The notes beneath the pieces are model-generated. The model had not been told where the DNA came from. It searched no databases and saw nothing but the letters and a program-made list of their open reading frames with translations. Source: an uncultured Nitrospiraceae bacterium (GTDB lineage Bacteria; Nitrospirota; Nitrospiria; Nitrospirales; Nitrospiraceae). From it: a stretch of DNA of 64,000 bases. The position numbers and the translations under genes are program-made. Shown here piece by piece: positions 61,123 to 64,000 of the stretch. The DNA lies in contig CAVSTP010000002.1 in the NCBI GenBank assembly GCA_963730935.1, positions 256,001-320,000 on the forward strand, given 5' to 3'. Position 1 is the stretch's first letter, and each line of letters opens with the position of its first letter.

Positions 61123-61347
61123 CTAATACCCCGCAGGCCGCCAAAGATTCGGCCGATTGACGAATCTCCAGAAACGGCATGCCGCTTCGGTCTGATTCAA
61201 TCCAGCTTGTGGAATGAAATTGGGTGAGAATCCACACTTACTGGCCAGCCTTCGAACGGAAACTCTCTCTCGGTGTCGCAAACGCCGAAGTACTTCGCCG
61301 ACGGACTGCTTCAGAGGCACAGTGATGTTTTGAGTCTTGATGCCCAT
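61123..61347 (-). pseudogene. Degenerate XRE-family HTH regulator
   Basis: VGEVLRRLRHRERVSVRRLASKCGFSPNFI, then similarity is lost. Confidence 0.6.
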
Positions 61348-62179
61348 GCATCCCTCTTAGATGTGGGAAAATTATCCCAATTGTTGAGGAAAGGGAATAC
61401 CACCTAAGAGGGGTCAGAAGCGGAAAGAAAAGCCGCTATTTACGTGGCCAGGACCATGCCCTTACAGCTCGCCATGCGATTATACAGCGCTTGAGTTAGG
61501 GATAGAGTCCTAAGAAACTGTATTTATAGTGACATCCAATCGTATGTCTAGCCCCTTGACCATCCGCATCGCGCAACTCCTATCATCGTTTTCGTTTTGT
61601 CCAGCATTGTTGGCTGTGGAACGTCTGCTATTAGATGGAATCCCTTGCAGGTGATTGTTGAATAGCAAATGTTGGACGCTGCTGAGGCGCAACGCCTGGC
61701 GAATGCAGAATGCGCAGAGCATAAGCGATTCGCCCGCATGGCAATCAAGGGCGACTCTGGGAAAGGAACCATACGTTTGACCGTGTGAAGTAATTCTCCT
61801 GGGGCAGCAACGACTGAGTTAGCTACTCAGTCGGGAGCGCAATCCTGAACGCTCTGCCGCCCACCCACTGCAACCATGACAACGGATTTGTATGACATGG
61901 TCTATCCAGTACCAGTCAATGGGCCGTTCGACGAACGCTACTTGCATGAAGACATCAAGAAAATGAGCGAATCAGAAATTAAGAGAGAGTGGGAACAGGC
62001 AGGACTTGCCGAATGATGGAACATCAGCCGCACCAATGGCTGGTAGAGAGGATCGATCGACTTCGAGAGGGTTTGAAGCATGCCAACTGATCGATTAAAG
62101 GGCGAACATGCAGAGTAAAAGCAAGAACAGCCGAAGCGCTGTCACGCCGCGGCTGTTAAACCACACCACAAGACACATG

Positions 62180-62265
62180 GAGCAAGCAATGGCAAGCATA
62201 CAGGAAAGTATATTTACGGGCACCTCATTCCAGGGGGCAATAAAGCGGCGGTTGATCGGCTTGAT
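62180..62265 (+). pseudogene. Tyrosine integrase C-terminal remnant
   Basis: 62212-62265 reads IYGHLIPGGNKAAVDRLD; the frameshifted upstream text EQ..ASIQ resembles the EQLGHxSIxxTxDIY box. Confidence 0.75.
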
Positions 62266-62367
62266 GGACCTGCGGATAAGGCCAGGCGTGAGGAGGAAAC
62301 CGCAACCCCCGCGCAACCGGCGGGGTTGGGTGGAATCGGCAACAGACCCGAACTGCTTGATTCTATG

Positions 62368-62435
62368 TGGTGCGCCCGGCAGGAATTGAACCTGCGACCT
62401 GCGGGTTCGAAGCGGACTGCTCTATCAAACTCAGC
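62368..62435 (-). repeat. tRNA-Arg(UCG) 3' half plus D-arm-like remnant (att-like site)
   Basis: Intact 3' half CTTCGAACCCGCAGGTCGCAGGTTCAATTCCTGCCGGGCGCACCA; the 5' side is GCTGAGTTTGATAGAGCA with no pairing anticodon or acceptor 5' strand. Confidence 0.85.
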
Positions 62436-62520
62436 ACATCTAGTGGCTACTCATTCAATGAGTTAACCACCTTTCTCTCTTTTCTTGTCTCTCTCAATCG
62501 CTCTCAGTTTTTCTCAGTAC

Positions 62521-62540
62521 ACGGACACTTTACGGACACT
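62521..62540. repeat. Direct repeat, integrase arm-site-like
   Basis: ACGGACACT at 62521 and 62532 (11-bp period), ~110 bp from the att core. Confidence 0.55.
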
Positions 62541-63103
62541 GGTGATAAATACCGCCCTTGATGTTTTCTCTATACGTGGTCAGCACATCGAGATGCTCAA
62601 GGTACTTGGCAACCGCAGCGAATAAAACATTGTACGTCACCAAGTGCAAGAAACTGCGTCTGTCTCATAGCCAGGCCAGAGTAGCTCTCTTGCGAAGAAG
62701 AATGAGGTGTTGAGGTTTTCTCGGCGTGGGTTCCTATCACTGAGCTGTGCAATAAGCGGTCGGTCATTGCACAAGGAGATAGAAGCGACCTGCGGTTTCC
62801 GAATTGCTCTCCTAGTCAAAACGATGGTTAGCCCCAACCTAGTTCCAGGGCTTCGTCCAGACAAGATCAGCTATGAAGCCGTGAACCGTCGAAGTACAAT
62901 GAAAGAGCTCAGAGGGAACTGACAACATCCCTAAGCACTCATCTCTGAGCCGATTCAAAAAGCTTGCTTGAACAGGCCGTCACCGCTTTCCGCATAAGCG
63001 TCCCCACCAATAGTCCGTCCTCACTTTGGAGGTGAATCCGTACACGCTGAAGCTCGTCGTTCTGCTTGTTAGCATTTGTCGGATATGCCGTCTTTGGCTT
63101 CCA

Positions 63104-63283
63104 TCATCCCTTTCCTTTCGGGAGATGGCCTTTTCGTTCCAAGTCCGCCACGTGATCAACCAGAAGTTGGACGACGTATTTCTGAATGCTTCGCCCTCCG
63201 CTCAAGGCAGCGGCAGCTTTTAATTTGTGCACGAGATCATCTGGGACATTGCGTAGATACAGAACCTTAGGCTTAGTAGCCAT
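63104..63283 (-). CDS. Ribbon-helix-helix (Arc/FitA-like) DNA-binding protein
   Basis: LYLRNVPDDLVHKLKAAAALSGGRSIQKYVVQLL. Confidence 0.7.
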   Translation of the reverse strand: MATKPKVLYLRNVPDDLVHKLKAAAALSGGRSIQKYVVQLLVDHVADLERKGHLPKGKG

Positions 63284-63418
63284 GGGCCGGCGATAATATC
63301 GCAACAACTCCGGCCGACACAACTCCTTTACCTGCTCACTAGCAAAGACTATACTATGCTAGCAGATGTCGCAGAGCTGGCATTGATGATAAGCGCTGCG
63401 ATTGTAAGCGAGTGTGAT

Positions 63419-63619
63419 ATGGCGAAGAGCAGCAAGCCGGACTTTCTAACAGAGGAGCGGCTCCTAGCGTGCCTCATGTTCCTGAGCAAACTGCGCAAGA
63501 GCGGCGTGACAAATATGTTCGAAATTCGGCTGAAACTGCGCCATGCATTCCCCGATCTCACGACGCATCAAGCTGCCGAAGTCCTTGCGTACTGGATGTA
63601 CACGTTCGCCGCTGCATGA
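63419..63619 (+). CDS. Small hypothetical protein
   Basis: FLSKLRKSGVTNMF...AEVLAYWM; protein-like; start inferred. Confidence 0.5.
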   Translation: MAKSSKPDFLTEERLLACLMFLSKLRKSGVTNMFEIRLKLRHAFPDLTTHQAAEVLAYWMYTFAAA

Positions 63620-63635
63620 CCTGTTCCCGAGAGTC

Positions 63636-63956
63636 ATGATCGAGCGCAGCCATCAGAGATTTCCCGTCTCCCTGTCGGGAGCCCTCTTTGCCTATGACAA
63701 ATCGTGGCCGGATACCATTCGATCGGTAGATCTTTCCCGAACTGGTTGTCGGATTGAAAACACGGTTCAGGTCGTTCCAGGCATGAATATCGCTCTCTTT
63801 CTGTTCCCTCCTGGAGAGGACAGTCCCATCGTTATTCATGACGCCATGGTTCGGTGGTCTGGGGCTGAAGGCATCGGGATCGAATTCCACACTATCGCCG
63901 ACCGCTATCGAGACCATCTAGATCTCCTGATCAATCAACTGAAGCAGCCGCACTAG
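63636..63956 (+). CDS. Stand-alone PilZ-domain protein
   Basis: ERSHQR, DLSRTGC, VRWS, GIGIEF. Confidence 0.85.
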   Translation: MIERSHQRFPVSLSGALFAYDKSWPDTIRSVDLSRTGCRIENTVQVVPGMNIALFLFPPGEDSPIVIHDAMVRWSGAEGIGIEFHTIADRYRDHLDLLINQLKQPH

Positions 63957-64000
63957 CAGCTCAGCAGGATCGACCACTAGGCAGAAGATAAGGCCGCCAA

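Noticed and set aside
61802..61860. Hammerhead ribozyme or tRNA fragment
   Set aside because: It lacks the CUGANGA/GAAA core; the tRNA-like words are explained by the hairpin.
53748..62435. Calling any of the three tRNA-Arg copies a functional tRNA
   Set aside because: The left copy has a broken T-arm; the other two lack a pairing 5' half.
1..64000. CRISPR array, rRNA, intact transposase or integrase
   Set aside because: No regularly spaced repeats or such genes were seen by eye; short or degenerate repeats could have been missed.

Overview
A GC-rich bacterial chromosome segment. Gene content and style (many stand-alone PilZ proteins, dapL, small CxxC proteins, intergenic repeats) suggest Nitrospira/Nitrospirota; this is an inference, not a database result. 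Bases ~1-50,300 are mostly core genes: a split ArgZ/AgrE-like arginine catabolic pair, truD, an ABC exporter, dapL-folK-panC, rmuC, a PEP-utiliser/RPH-like enzyme, glycerate kinase, transaldolase, an argD-argF-argG-argH-lipoprotein-radical SAM-lysA-dapA-dapB operon, gpmA, a Zn-peptidase/ATP-grasp pair, ttcA, msrA and a Pal-like gene. A small accessory patch sits at ~30.7-32.3 kb. From ~51.6 kb to the end the sequence is visibly more AT-rich and forms a genomic-island hotspot. Three same-strand copies of tRNA-Arg(UCG) sequence (53748, 59032, 62368) divide it into ~3-5 kb units. The units carry glycan/surface-modification cargo and pseudogenes but no intact integrase; only a tyrosine-integrase C-terminal remnant and arm/IHF-like repeats remain. 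No CRISPR array or rRNA was seen. Several start codons were moved from the ORF track using RBS, promoter or homology cues.
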